Part shown: piece after piece, positions 1 to 7,864 of the stretch
How positions within the stretch are numbered: the first letter of the stretch is position 1
Layout: every line of letters starts with the position of its first letter
UHGV virus genome: UHGV-0060642
Direction: 5' to 3' (one strand)
DNA from: a virus
DNA length: 41,777 bases
Notes under the pieces: generated by a model
Told to the model about the DNA's origin: nothing
Databases searched by the model: none
The model's input: the letters and a program-made list of their open reading frames with translations, nothing else
Position numbers and translations under genes: made by a program

Positions 1-49
1 TTATCAATTTGTTGCAACGAACAGGTCACTATCAGTCAAAATAAAATCA
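1..49. promoter_or_regulatory. attL: attL P' arm (partial) with Int arm-type binding sites
   Basis: Sequence ...caggtcactatcagtcaaaataaaatcattatttgatttc... matches recalled lambda P' arm with arm-type repeats (aggtcactat, cagtcaaaat); lies immediately 3' of int. Confidence 0.85.
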
Positions 50-1120
50 TTATTTGATTTCAATTTTGTCCCACTCCCTGCCTCTGTCATCACGATACTG
101 TGATGCCATGGTGTCCGACTTATGCCCGAGAAGATGTTGAGCAAACTTATCGCTTATCTGCTTCTCATAGAGTCTTGCAGACAAACTGCGCAACTCGTGA
201 AAGGTAGGCGGATCCCCTTCGAAGGAAAGACCTGATGCTTTTCGTGCGCGCATAAAATACCTTGATACTGTGCCGGATGAAAGCGGTTCACGACGAGTAG
301 ATGCAATTATGGTTTCTCCGCCAAGAATCTCTTTGCATTTATCAAGTGATTCCTTCATTGATATCCCAAGAGCATCAACATGCAATGTTGTTGGGATGGC
401 AATTTTTACGCCGGTTTTGCTTTGCTCGACATAAAGATAGCCATCTACGATATCAGACCACTTCATTTCGCATAAATCCCCAACACGCTGCCCGGTAACA
501 ACAGCCAGTTCCATTGCAAGTCTAAGCCAACATGGTGATGATTCTGCTGCTTGATAAATTTTCAGGTATTCGTCAGCCGTAAGTCTTGATCTCCTTACCT
601 CTGATTTTGCTGCGCGAGTGGCAGTGACCGGGTTTGTTGTTATATGGCCTTCAGCTATTGCCTCTCGGAATGCATCGCTCAGTGTTGATCTGATTAACTT
701 GGCTGACGCCGCCTTGCCCTCGTCTATGTATCCATTGAGCATTGCTGCAATTTCTTTTGTGGTGATGTCTTCAAGTGGAGCATCAGGCAGCCCCCTCCTT
801 ATTGCTTTAATTTTGCTCATGTAATTTATGAGTGTCTTCTGCTTGATTCCTCTGTTGGCGAGGATTTTTTCGTAGCGATCAAGCCATGAATGTAACGTAA
901 CAGAATTATCACTGTTGATTCTCGCTGTCAGAGGCTTGTGTTTGTGTCCTGAAAATAACTCAATGTTGGCCTGTATAGCTTCAGTGATTGCTATCCTCCT
1001 GTCTCGGCCTAATCCAAACTCTTTACCCGTCCTTGGGTCCCTGTAGCAGTAATATCCATTGTTTCTTATATAAAGATTAGGGGGTAAATCCCGGCGCTCA
1101 TGACTTCGCCTTCTTCCCAT
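50..1120 (-). CDS. int: Tyrosine integrase, lambda Int type
   Basis: 356 aa; N-terminus MGRRRSHERRDLPPNLYIRNNGYYCYRDPRTGKEFGLG and C-terminal catalytic region (HELRSLSARLY...HLLGH...Y) match recalled lambda Int almost residue for residue; ATG verified. Confidence 0.97.
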   Translation of the reverse strand: MGRRRSHERRDLPPNLYIRNNGYYCYRDPRTGKEFGLGRDRRIAITEAIQANIELFSGHKHKPLTARINSDNSVTLHSWLDRYEKILANRGIKQKTLINYMSKIKAIRRGLPDAPLEDITTKEIAAMLNGYIDEGKAASAKLIRSTLSDAFREAIAEGHITTNPVTATRAAKSEVRRSRLTADEYLKIYQAAESSPCWLRLAMELAVVTGQRVGDLCEMKWSDIVDGYLYVEQSKTGVKIAIPTTLHVDALGISMKESLDKCKEILGGETIIASTRREPLSSGTVSRYFMRARKASGLSFEGDPPTFHELRSLSARLYEKQISDKFAQHLLGHKSDTMASQYRDDRGREWDKIEIK

Positions 1121-1316
1121 TTTTGATCCTCTTCAAAAGGCTACCTGTTACTGGTCGATTTAAGTCAACCTTTACCGCTGATTCGTGGAACAGATACTCT
1201 CTTCCATCCTTAACCGGAGGAGGGAATATCCTGCACTCGCGTACCCATCGACGAACTGTTTCAAGGCTTCTTGGGCGTCGCTGGCGTGCGTTCCACTCCT
1301 GAAGTGTCAAGTACAT
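1098..1316 (-). CDS. xis: Excisionase Xis
   Basis: 72 aa MYLTLQEWNARQRRPRSLETVRRWVRECRIFPPPVKDGREYLFHESAVKVDLNRP matches recalled lambda Xis; overlaps int start as in lambda. Confidence 0.95.
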   Translation of the reverse strand: MYLTLQEWNARQRRPRSLETVRRWVRECRIFPPPVKDGREYLFHESAVKVDLNRPVTGSLLKRIKNGKKAKS

Positions 1317-1340
1317 CGCAAAGTCTCCGCAATTACACGC

Positions 1341-1364
1341 AAGAAAAAACCGCCATCAGGCGGC
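1341..1364 (-). terminator. Putative rho-independent terminator on the leftward transcript upstream of xis
   Basis: Minus-strand hairpin ccgcc-tgat-ggcgg followed by a run of T (approximate coordinates). Confidence 0.5.
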
Positions 1365-1406
1365 TTGGTGTTCTTTCAGTTCTTCAATTCGAATATTGGT
1401 TACGTC

Positions 1407-1718
1407 TTATTCGATGCGCACTCCTGGTATTTCGCCTTTTGATATTGCGAAGTCATAAATTTGCGCAGCACTATACCCATCTCGCATCCATGAATCTAAT
1501 GCGCGAATAGCCTCGCTACGCTTTTTATCTTCTCTCTCATTTTTGATATCAACGAGGACATCAACGCAATTAAGGCAAATGTGGATTTTGTCCTTACATT
1601 CGATCATGGCGGCTTTACCATGATTTCCGCCACACAGTGAGCATAAATCTTCAGGGTCTGGCTGGTATTTCTGTAACGTTAGATGGTTGAATGTTGAACA
1701 GGCCATAATCATCTCCAT
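1407..1718 (-). CDS. Hypothetical Cys-rich small protein
   Basis: 103-aa ORF with several Met near the N-terminus (likely start at Met5, GGAG upstream); CSLCGG...C...CLNC cysteine pattern suggests a zinc-binding fold; no family recognised. Confidence 0.6.
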   Translation of the reverse strand: MEMIMACSTFNHLTLQKYQPDPEDLCSLCGGNHGKAAMIECKDKIHICLNCVDVLVDIKNEREDKKRSEAIRALDSWMRDGYSAAQIYDFAISKGEIPGVRIE

Positions 1719-1777
1719 AAAACAAAACTCGCCGTAGCGAGTTCAGATAAAAGAAATCCCCGCGAGTTCGAGGATTG

Positions 1778-2062
1778 TTATTCATTGCCGATATTCACCT
1801 TTATCGCGAACACCTTTACCGGTTTATCGCCGAAGTGCGGATGTGTGATTGTCTTGATTTCATATCCGTCATACGGAACATCAATTCTACGGCTGGAATC
1901 GTCGCGCTTCGGATATCCCTTTGTGATAATCAGGCGATCATACTCCCGGAACATAATTCGCTTATTCCAGTAGTCATTACACAGGCGATACTCTTCCGTT
2001 TTCTCTCTGCGAATCATGGCATCGAAGTATTCACCTTTAACGGCAAGTTGTAGGTTAGCCAA
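1778..2062 (-). CDS. DUF3850/ASCH-like domain protein, probable TTG start
   Basis: N-terminal segment LQLAVKGEYFDAMIRREKTEEYR resembles the DUF3850/ASCH N-terminal motif (EYFDA...G.KT.E.R); the track ORF begins with TTG at 2101, but an in-frame TTG at 2062 is preceded by AGGAGG with a 6-nt spacer; first ATG (Met29) would remove the motif. Confidence 0.6.
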   Translation of the reverse strand: MANLQLAVKGEYFDAMIRREKTEEYRLCNDYWNKRIMFREYDRLIITKGYPKRDDSSRRIDVPYDGYEIKTITHPHFGDKPVKVFAIKVNIGNE

Positions 2063-2639
2063 GGTTAACCTCCTGCGGCGGTTCTGCTGCAAAATACGCA
2101 ATACCTTTATCCCAGATGGATTTTATGGTCGTCCATGTGACTGGTACTTTAATTTCAATCCGCCCGCTACCGTCACAGGTATCGCAATCATCATCGCCAA
2201 AGCATTCCGGGCAGCTGATAAACGTAGTTTCTGAAAATTCACCGGATAGCGCACCCTTAGCGCCGTTCTCGGCTGTTAGTCTCTTCGGCACCATGACCCA
2301 ACCATCCGGAGTTACCGGAGAGTTGCCATTTACATCGAAGTTTGGCTCTGCGTCCTGAACCAGGAGGATGTAACCATTCTTGGCTGTATCAAGTTCTAAC
2401 GCCTCGGTGACGGTGCCGAAATAGCGATTACCTAAATCAGCATCACAAGTGCTTACATCAATGGAAACTTCCATGCCCTCGATTAATTCTGGCAAGTTGT
2501 AAGTTTGGCTTACAGGTTCGGCTTCCAGCGATGCCAGTGCGATTTCATAAGCCAGGCGCTCAATATTGTCTCGCACGTCCAGGCTGCCGATTCGCTCTCT
2601 GATTTCTTTAATCAGTTCTTTGTCGGTAAAAGTAGTCAT
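2055..2639 (-). CDS. Hypothetical protein with C-terminal CxxC...CxxCxGxG zinc-ribbon motif
   Basis: 194-aa ORF, ATG verified; motif SCPECFGDDDCDTCDGSGR near the C-terminus; acidic. Confidence 0.7.
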   Translation of the reverse strand: MTTFTDKELIKEIRERIGSLDVRDNIERLAYEIALASLEAEPVSQTYNLPELIEGMEVSIDVSTCDADLGNRYFGTVTEALELDTAKNGYILLVQDAEPNFDVNGNSPVTPDGWVMVPKRLTAENGAKGALSGEFSETTFISCPECFGDDDCDTCDGSGRIEIKVPVTWTTIKSIWDKGIAYFAAEPPQEVNLG

Positions 2640-2642
2640 GTG

Positions 2643-2930
2643 TTAGTCCTCATCCACTTCAACGCCATCTTTCAGCGTGATGCCGTGCCAATCATCAGCC
2701 CAACTGGTTAGCCCTGGCGCATCAATGCTAGGCATATAGACGCTTGCAGTGTGGTAGCCCTTATCGTTATCAATGCTGGCAACGTGCTCGCCGTTGTATG
2801 CGCTCAGCGTGTCCAGGACGCTATAAAACTTTCCTCCGGCTGCCCTGAAATCCTTTACAGCCTTCACAAGGCGATTCCACGCTTTTTCCTGTTCTGGCGT
2901 CAGGTCGATTAATTCCTGCAAAGTTGCCAT
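2643..2930 (-). CDS. Hypothetical protein
   Basis: 95-aa ORF with ATG start, tightly packed in the leftward early operon. Confidence 0.65.
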   Translation of the reverse strand: MATLQELIDLTPEQEKAWNRLVKAVKDFRAAGGKFYSVLDTLSAYNGEHVASIDNDKGYHTASVYMPSIDAPGLTSWADDWHGITLKDGVEVDED

Positions 2931-2931
2931 A

Positions 2932-3375
2932 TCACTCTCCTTTGATGCGAATGCCAGCGGCGCGGATTGCAGCGATGATCTCAGAAACTTTGTATGCCAT
3001 TACCGTTTGGTAATCATCGTGAAAATCTGTTCGATGAAGCATGCTGCTACGTTCCGGGAGCAGTATTTCCCGCGCTTCCAGTTCTGCAATGCGCTTTTTT
3101 GCTGCTTCCAGTTCATCCAGTAATTCCAGCACGGTAGCTGGATTGGCTGCGGTGATGAATTCAGCATTGGCCTGCTGTTCCATTTGGAAATCTTCATCGA
3201 AACCGCTTTCAGGATGCGCTCCTTCAATTCTGCAAATGGGAAGATATCCAACAACGTCACGATGAATTAGCGCATCATCACAATCAAATCGACTCTCTCC
3301 ATATTCGAGCGACCACACCCCACACGTTGCTTTCTCTGCCTTTTCACGCAGTGCCTGATAGTCAATTTCGCTCAC
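2932..3375 (-). CDS. Ead/Ea22-like protein (GTG start)
   Basis: 147 aa; segment ANPATVLELLDELEAAKKRIAELEA is typical of the Ead/Ea22-like family of lambdoid early-left regions; start codon GTG preceded by AAGGAGG. Confidence 0.7.
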   Translation of the reverse strand: MSEIDYQALREKAEKATCGVWSLEYGESRFDCDDALIHRDVVGYLPICRIEGAHPESGFDEDFQMEQQANAEFITAANPATVLELLDELEAAKKRIAELEAREILLPERSSMLHRTDFHDDYQTVMAYKVSEIIAAIRAAGIRIKGE

Positions 3376-3899
3376 TGGTTGCCTCCTTTGCGAAGCTGGG
3401 CGGCGAACTCGTTAAGTGATATGTAGCAATCTCCAAATGTTAACGAACCGCTCGACTGCATATGCTCCATAGCCATCTCTACCCCCTGCGCCCGTACTTC
3501 AGCCAGGAAAGCATCGGTGGCTGGGGTTTCTTCAAGCGCTCGCTTAACCTTTTCCTCAGCTTCGCAAATTGACTGAACCCAGAAGTCAGCGTGAGGTGGC
3601 CTGCCTGCCTTTTTTATCTCCGCACGAAGCTCAATTTGCTGAGTTACCGCAGATTTCAGTCTCACATTCTCCGCAGCCATCGCTGAAAACTTCTCGTGTG
3701 CCAACTTAACAGCTGCATCAGCCTGCTTAATTGACTCAATCGCTTTCTGGTGGTCTTCGGACAGAGCCGAAATCTTGGCCTCCGCTTCAGCAAATTTACG
3801 CACCAGATATTCAGCGTTTGTTTCGTTAACCATTAAATCTCGTGGGATGCATTTACCTTTCAGAAATCCATCCATCTCAATTAGTGACATTTGTTTCAT
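3372..3899 (-). CDS. Hypothetical coiled-coil protein, possibly Ea22 N-terminal-like
   Basis: Track ORF 3372-3917 begins with GTG; the first ATG (Met7, [12 protein letters not shown]) is preceded by a GGAG-like site; stop overlaps the downstream GTG start. Confidence 0.6.
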   Translation of the reverse strand: MKQMSLIEMDGFLKGKCIPRDLMVNETNAEYLVRKFAEAEAKISALSEDHQKAIESIKQADAAVKLAHEKFSAMAAENVRLKSAVTQQIELRAEIKKAGRPPHADFWVQSICEAEEKVKRALEETPATDAFLAEVRAQGVEMAMEHMQSSGSLTFGDCYISLNEFAAQLRKGGNQ

Positions 3900-4093
3900 T
3901 TCTTCCCACTCCGCCACATCGCATTCAGATATTTGTTTTGATTTACTGATGGAAAAGAATTTCTCTTAAGTAATTCCTCTCTCGATGGCATTGGCTTTAC
4001 GCGTTGGCGAATAATCATTTCTGCCGGAAGAATGCTAGGATTGTATGCAAGTCCTCTCATGGTAAATTCCTCAGTCATTACTGATAGCGCCAT
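3896..4093 (-). CDS. Possible small ORF (65 aa)
   Basis: ATG ORF overlapping both neighbours by about 22 nt; no clear RBS seen; may be spurious. Confidence 0.3.
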   Translation of the reverse strand: MALSVMTEEFTMRGLAYNPSILPAEMIIRQRVKPMPSREELLKRNSFPSVNQNKYLNAMWRSGKK

Positions 4094-4367
4094 AGCGTGA
4101 GCGGTAATTACGCAGGCGCGGGTCGATATATTCAGGGAATTTGTCTATTGTCGCTTTTCGCAACGGTCTCATTGCTGTTTCGTTTGTTCGGTCCTTCTCC
4201 TGTTTTAGCGCGAGTTGTATATCGCGTCGGTACATCCGTTCTGCTTTTGTTTCTGGTGTCATAGCAAGAAACGCGTCGAAATTGTTTTTGATATTTTCCA
4301 GCACCTCCGCCTTGGAGCTACCGGAGCAGTTGCGCGCGTCGTCCGCACCATACAGAGGCGCTGGCAT
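4071..4367 (-). CDS. Hypothetical protein
   Basis: 98-aa ORF with ATG and an AAGG upstream. Confidence 0.6.
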   Translation of the reverse strand: MPAPLYGADDARNCSGSSKAEVLENIKNNFDAFLAMTPETKAERMYRRDIQLALKQEKDRTNETAMRPLRKATIDKFPEYIDPRLRNYRSRYGAISND

Positions 4368-4390
4368 AATGGGAGCCTTATTTTCAGTAA

Positions 4391-4978
4391 TCAGAAATGA
4401 GGGTAATCGTTCTGGCTGTAACCATAATCATCTGCATGATTCTGGCTTACGTTTTTAGAGCGATTGTCTTTATCTTTGAGGCTGGCAACCATGTTGGCGA
4501 TAGTTTCTGGTTGCTTGCCTTCCGCCTTTTCTTTAAGGGTTTGACCTGTTTGTGCAATAAACGGGATGCGTATTTCCATCTGGTAACTATCTGCGCCAGT
4601 CTTTTTGTTTGTGGTTAATACTTTCTGGAGCACTAACCCGATTTTCTTTCCATGAAACTCAGGAGCAACAAATTTACTGGCGGAAACCATATGTTGCGTT
4701 AACTGTCCAATCCCGGCACACCCCATCATGGCGTGAACGACATTTGCGCCAAATTTGTTTTCCGTTCCGTCATTTTTCTGAACACAGACGCTAAGATATT
4801 GGATTTTACGTCCGTCGTCGGATTCGCCAGAAAACTCAATAAATTTTGCACCTTTTTCTGATTGCTTGAGTTCTGCTTCAGTAATGGTAATGATATGAGC
4901 GCCAGTTTCATTAATAAAACCACCTTGTCCTGCGGTCAGTGCTGCTTCTTCGTTATAAGTAAAAATTACGTTGCTCAT
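4391..4978 (-). CDS. Putative ssDNA-binding protein, partner of the Sak4-like ATPase
   Basis: 195 aa; translationally coupled downstream of the Sak4-like gene; acidic/aromatic C-terminal tail ...DDYGYSQNDYPHF resembles SSB C-terminal tails; assignment by context. Confidence 0.55.
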   Translation of the reverse strand: MSNVIFTYNEEAALTAGQGGFINETGAHIITITEAELKQSEKGAKFIEFSGESDDGRKIQYLSVCVQKNDGTENKFGANVVHAMMGCAGIGQLTQHMVSASKFVAPEFHGKKIGLVLQKVLTTNKKTGADSYQMEIRIPFIAQTGQTLKEKAEGKQPETIANMVASLKDKDNRSKNVSQNHADDYGYSQNDYPHF

Positions 4979-5655
4979 GCGGCGTTTTCCTTAATTTGAT
5001 GAACATTATTGATGCCGTAGTAATCACAAACAGTGGCATCGACGAAAGAGAGATCGTTATCAATCTCATTGGAATCAAACATTCCCATTGGGGATTTAAC
5101 AGTGTCTGCACCGTTGTTTTTCGTGGTGAAAAAGAACTGGTCATCGCGGGTAAGAGTGCGAAGAACTATAGTAAACATGCCTTCGACAGTGATTTTTTCG
5201 TCCAGCATTTTGCCGATAGTCTTCATTTTCACACGCCCAACAGGGGTTTCTTCGGTATGGGCAAGAAAATAGACTCTCAGGTCATCAGGCGCATCCTGTG
5301 CAGCCTTAATGACCTCCCATGCGTGACGGCCTATCTCAGTGAATTTATCAAACGATTTTTCTTCTGAGCGGCGCATAAACTCATTACTCATCACATACTG
5401 GAAGTCATCAACAATAACGATTCTTTTCCCGTATTCGTGAGCACGCTTAATTACGGCAACTATTACGTCCCATTTGTCAGTGGTAACTACGGTTCCTTTT
5501 TTTGCTCTAGCATCCCATGCAAGCCAGTCTTTTGATTTAAATGGTAGCGGCTTGCCTATTGGTTTTATAAGTATTGCTTCCTCTGGATTGATATTTCTCA
5601 TGCTGGTTGATTTTCCGGTGCCAGACTCACCGAGTATTAATGTCGCAGTTCCCAT
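4975..5655 (-). CDS. Sak4-like RecA-fold ATPase (phage recombination protein)
   Basis: 226 aa; Walker A GESGTGKST at the N-terminus, Walker B RIVIVDDF; size and motifs typical of Sak4-family annealing ATPases that replace Red or Erf. Confidence 0.7.
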   Translation of the reverse strand: MGTATLILGESGTGKSTSMRNINPEEAILIKPIGKPLPFKSKDWLAWDARAKKGTVVTTDKWDVIVAVIKRAHEYGKRIVIVDDFQYVMSNEFMRRSEEKSFDKFTEIGRHAWEVIKAAQDAPDDLRVYFLAHTEETPVGRVKMKTIGKMLDEKITVEGMFTIVLRTLTRDDQFFFTTKNNGADTVKSPMGMFDSNEIDNDLSFVDATVCDYYGINNVHQIKENAA

Positions 5656-5663
5656 AATTTGCC

Positions 5664-5864
5664 TCAGAATGGTAATTCGGATGGGGAGGAAAGAAACTCG
5701 CGCTCATTCATGCGCTCTCTTTGCGCCTGCCATAAACAAAGTTGTTTCTTTGATTTATCTCCCGCTTTACGCCAGTAACGAGCCTCAGCAATGTGATATT
5801 CTCTTTTTAATCGACTTAACTCTGGAGTTTTCGCCAGTTCTACCGGAATCATTTTGACCTCCAT
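5664..5864 (-). CDS. Hypothetical protein
   Basis: 66-aa ORF, ATG start, overlaps the kil end by 16 nt. Confidence 0.5.
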   Translation of the reverse strand: MEVKMIPVELAKTPELSRLKREYHIAEARYWRKAGDKSKKQLCLWQAQRERMNEREFLSSPSELPF

Positions 5865-5962
5865 TTCCTGTAGGCTTCTACGGCCTCACGAAACATCTTT
5901 TCATCGCCAATAAAAGTGGCGATAGTGAATTTAGTCTGGATAGCCATAATTGTTTGATCCAT
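5849..5962 (-). CDS. kil: Host cell-division inhibitor Kil-like peptide
   Basis: MDQTIMAIQTKFTIATFIGDEKMFREAVEAYRKW matches the recalled lambda Kil N-terminus; overlaps the cIII 3' end as in lambda; start set at the internal Met of the track ORF. Confidence 0.65.
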   Translation of the reverse strand: MDQTIMAIQTKFTIATFIGDEKMFREAVEAYRKWRSK

Positions 5963-6095
5963 TTTTTGGGACTCCTGGCTGATTAAGTATGTCGATAAGG
6001 CGTTTCCATCCGTCACGTAATTTACGGGTGATTCGTTCAAGTAAAGATTCGGAAGGGCAGCCAGCAACAGGCCACCCTGCAATGGCATATTGCAT
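5931..6095 (-). CDS. cIII: CIII (protects CII from FtsH)
   Basis: MQYAIAGWPVAGCPSESLLERITRKLRDGWKRLIDILNQPGVPKNGSNNYGYPD matches recalled lambda CIII (54 aa); ATG at 6095 preceded by AAGGAG. Confidence 0.9.
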   Translation of the reverse strand: MQYAIAGWPVAGCPSESLLERITRKLRDGWKRLIDILNQPGVPKNGSNNYGYPD

Positions 6096-6154
6096 GGTGT
6101 GCTCCTTATTTATACATAACGAAAACGCCTCGAGTGAAGCGTTATTGGTATGCA

Positions 6155-6181
6155 TATAAAAAGGCCCTCACACTGGAGGGC
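6155..6181 (-). terminator. Rho-independent terminator in the leftward operon (tL-like)
   Basis: Minus-strand hairpin GCCCTC-cagtgt-GAGGGC followed by TTTTT. Confidence 0.6.
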
Positions 6182-6274
6182 AAAGAAGATTTCCAATAAT
6201 CAGAACAAGTCGGCTCCTGTTTAGTTACGAGCGACATTGCTCACATAGCAGACTCGTAAATCTGCTATAGGCGC

Positions 6275-6433
6275 TTATTCGCATCGCATGACAACATCAA
6301 ATTTTTCGAGATTACTTTGTCGCAACAATCCTTCTTCTACGCGGTCAGCTTTTCTATAATTATCAAATTCGAAATGTTTAATTACTTCTTTTGTTCCTCG
6401 CTCTATAACTTCAACAATGTATTTCTTATTCAT
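6275..6433 (-). CDS. Small ORF (52 aa) translationally coupled to the upstream gene
   Basis: Not in the ORF track (below its length cutoff); its ATG overlaps the upstream stop as TGATG; translation MNKKYIVEVIERGTKEVIKHFEFDNYRKADRVEEGLLRQSNLEKFDVVMRCE read directly from the sequence. Confidence 0.4.
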   Translation of the reverse strand: MNKKYIVEVIERGTKEVIKHFEFDNYRKADRVEEGLLRQSNLEKFDVVMRCE

Positions 6434-6729
6434 CATTCTTCACCAAGAGCTTTTCTGATTGCTGCAAGACCTTTATTAACAGCTCCATACCATTCTGGAT
6501 ATGTTGTCGTTGTTCTATTTTTGGTTTGCTTAAGTAATAACTGAAGTGCTTCGAGAAGGTCAGGTGCTGCCGCTATTAGATTGGCATCTTCAATGCATTG
6601 AACTTCCTCACAGATTGCAATATACGAACGCCAGCCTGCGCCATTTTCAAGTGAGTCAGCCTGGATGATTTTAATCTCATCGCCATCCATCATTATTTCC
6701 CACTTACCTTCAGTACCTTTAAATTCCAT
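6433..6729 (-). CDS. Hypothetical protein
   Basis: 98-aa ORF with ATG, in the position of lambda ea10; no family recognised. Confidence 0.65.
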   Translation of the reverse strand: MEFKGTEGKWEIMMDGDEIKIIQADSLENGAGWRSYIAICEEVQCIEDANLIAAAPDLLEALQLLLKQTKNRTTTTYPEWYGAVNKGLAAIRKALGEE

Positions 6730-6768
6730 GTTAGCCTCTGTTATTTATGACAAAAATAAAGGCTACCA

Positions 6769-6969
6769 TCAGGAAGCCTTGTTGTTCTGTTTACCAATTT
6801 CTCTGGCAATCATTGCCGTCGTTCGTATTGCCCATTTATCGACATATTTCCCATCCTCCATTACAGGAAGCATTTCTTCAGGCTTAACCATGCATTCCGA
6901 TTGCAGCTTGCATCCATTGCATCGCTTGAATTGTCCACACCATTGATTTTTATTAATAGTCGTAGTCAT
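6769..6969 (-). CDS. ral: Restriction alleviation protein Ral
   Basis: 66 aa MTTTINKNQWCGQFKRCNGCKLQSECMVKPEEM...DKWAIRTTAMIAREIGKQNNKAS closely matches recalled lambda Ral. Confidence 0.85.
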   Translation of the reverse strand: MTTTINKNQWCGQFKRCNGCKLQSECMVKPEEMLPVMEDGKYVDKWAIRTTAMIAREIGKQNNKAS

Positions 6970-7039
6970 AAGGATAGTCCTGGTATTGTTCCATCACATC
7001 CTGCGGATGCTCTTCGAACTCTTCAAATTCCTCTTCCAT
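6953..7039 (-). CDS. Small acidic peptide ORF (28 aa), lambda orf28-like position
   Basis: MEEEFEEFEEHPQDVMEQYQDYPYDYDY read from the sequence; ATG preceded by GAGGTGA; lies between N and ral; below the track cutoff. Confidence 0.4.
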   Translation of the reverse strand: MEEEFEEFEEHPQDVMEQYQDYPYDYDY

Positions 7040-7047
7040 ATCTCACC

Positions 7048-7347
7048 TCAAATAAGTGGTTTGCTGCCTAATTTCATTTTCTGGCGACCAACACAAGTCA
7101 CACCCATTTCACTGCGTGGCTTGCGGTAGTAAATACGATTCTGTTTACTCTCGACTTCTTCTGCCTTCTTGCAGCGAAGGCTTCCGAGTGATGCTGCTTT
7201 ATCTGCTCTGACGCAACCAGAGAGCTTTAGCGCAATTTTTCGCGCCAGTCGCTGCTCTTGCATTGCCTGTTCACGTTGAGCCTGTCTGCGTGCTCTGCGG
7301 CGATTTCTGGCGTTATCATCAGCCAGATATGTAATGACTACTGTCAT
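7048..7347 (-). CDS. N: N-family transcription antiterminator
   Basis: C-terminus ...GVTCVGRQKMKLGSKPLI resembles the lambda N C-terminus; arginine-rich motif NARNRRRARRQAQREQ near the N-terminus; start at internal ATG (7347) preceded by GGAGG. Confidence 0.8.
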   Translation of the reverse strand: MTVVITYLADDNARNRRRARRQAQREQAMQEQRLARKIALKLSGCVRADKAASLGSLRCKKAEEVESKQNRIYYRKPRSEMGVTCVGRQKMKLGSKPLI

Positions 7348-7658
7348 GTTGACCTCCGATGAAACAACTTTGGAATTGATAGTGATTGCAAAGTGGTTTC
7401 TGGCCCCTCGAACTGAGGGGCAGAAAGAGCATCTCGCCACCTAATAGGTCGATGCTCGGATCGAGAGATTTAATTAACCTCGGTTTTGAAGTTATGCATT
7501 CACATAAATCCTCCTGTTGCATGTGCAGCATTGGCTGTGTTTGGCGGCTGCATTTCGCCCATGGAATTGACTTTGGCGGTGACGCGCCGGATGCTTATCT
7601 TCCGGTTGCCGTCGTGCAGCTGCACTTCACGTCACCCCAAAGCCAACTACTCTTTGGT

Positions 7659-7699
7659 TCCCGCATTTCGGCGGGACAATCCCATCAATGTTAAAGAGC
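7659..7699 (-). promoter_or_regulatory. nutL: nutL (boxA plus boxB hairpin)
   Basis: Minus strand reads GCTCTTTAACA (boxA-like) then hairpin TCCCGC-cgaaat-GCGGGA; the same boxA and boxB occur in nutR. Confidence 0.7.
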
Positions 7700-7744
7700 C
7701 TGCCAATCTGTTCCGTTTGGCTACCAGCGTCCTGCTGATGGCTT

Positions 7745-7830
7745 AAATTTAAGATCTCTTTAATTAATGGTCAAGGGTATTTTTGAAGAAAACTTAAATT
7801 TTCTTTCGTAACTTAAGTTTGGCTTTGATT
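7745..7830 (-). promoter_or_regulatory. OL/PL region with three P22-type 18-bp operators
   Basis: ATTTAAGATCTCTTTAAT, ACTTAAATTTTCTTTCGT and ACTTAAGTTTGGCTTTGA fit the same half-site pattern as the OR operators (approximate coordinates). Confidence 0.6.
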
Positions 7831-7840
7831 TTTAAAGGAA

Positions 7841-7864
7841 ATAAAAAAAGGGGCGAATGCCCCC
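7841..7864 (-). terminator. Terminator directly after the c2 repressor gene
   Basis: Minus-strand hairpin GGGGC-attc-GCCCC followed by a long T run, next to the c2 stop codon. Confidence 0.6.

Noticed and set aside
301-824. Plus-strand ORFs 301-498 and 618-824 inside int
   Set aside because: Antisense to a confidently identified integrase gene; low-complexity translations; no RBS context.
7319-7746. ORFs 7319-7531 (-), 7386-7694 (+), 7486-7746 (+) in the PL-to-N leader
   Set aside because: They overlap nutL, the operators and the N start in other frames; the region is better explained as regulatory leader.
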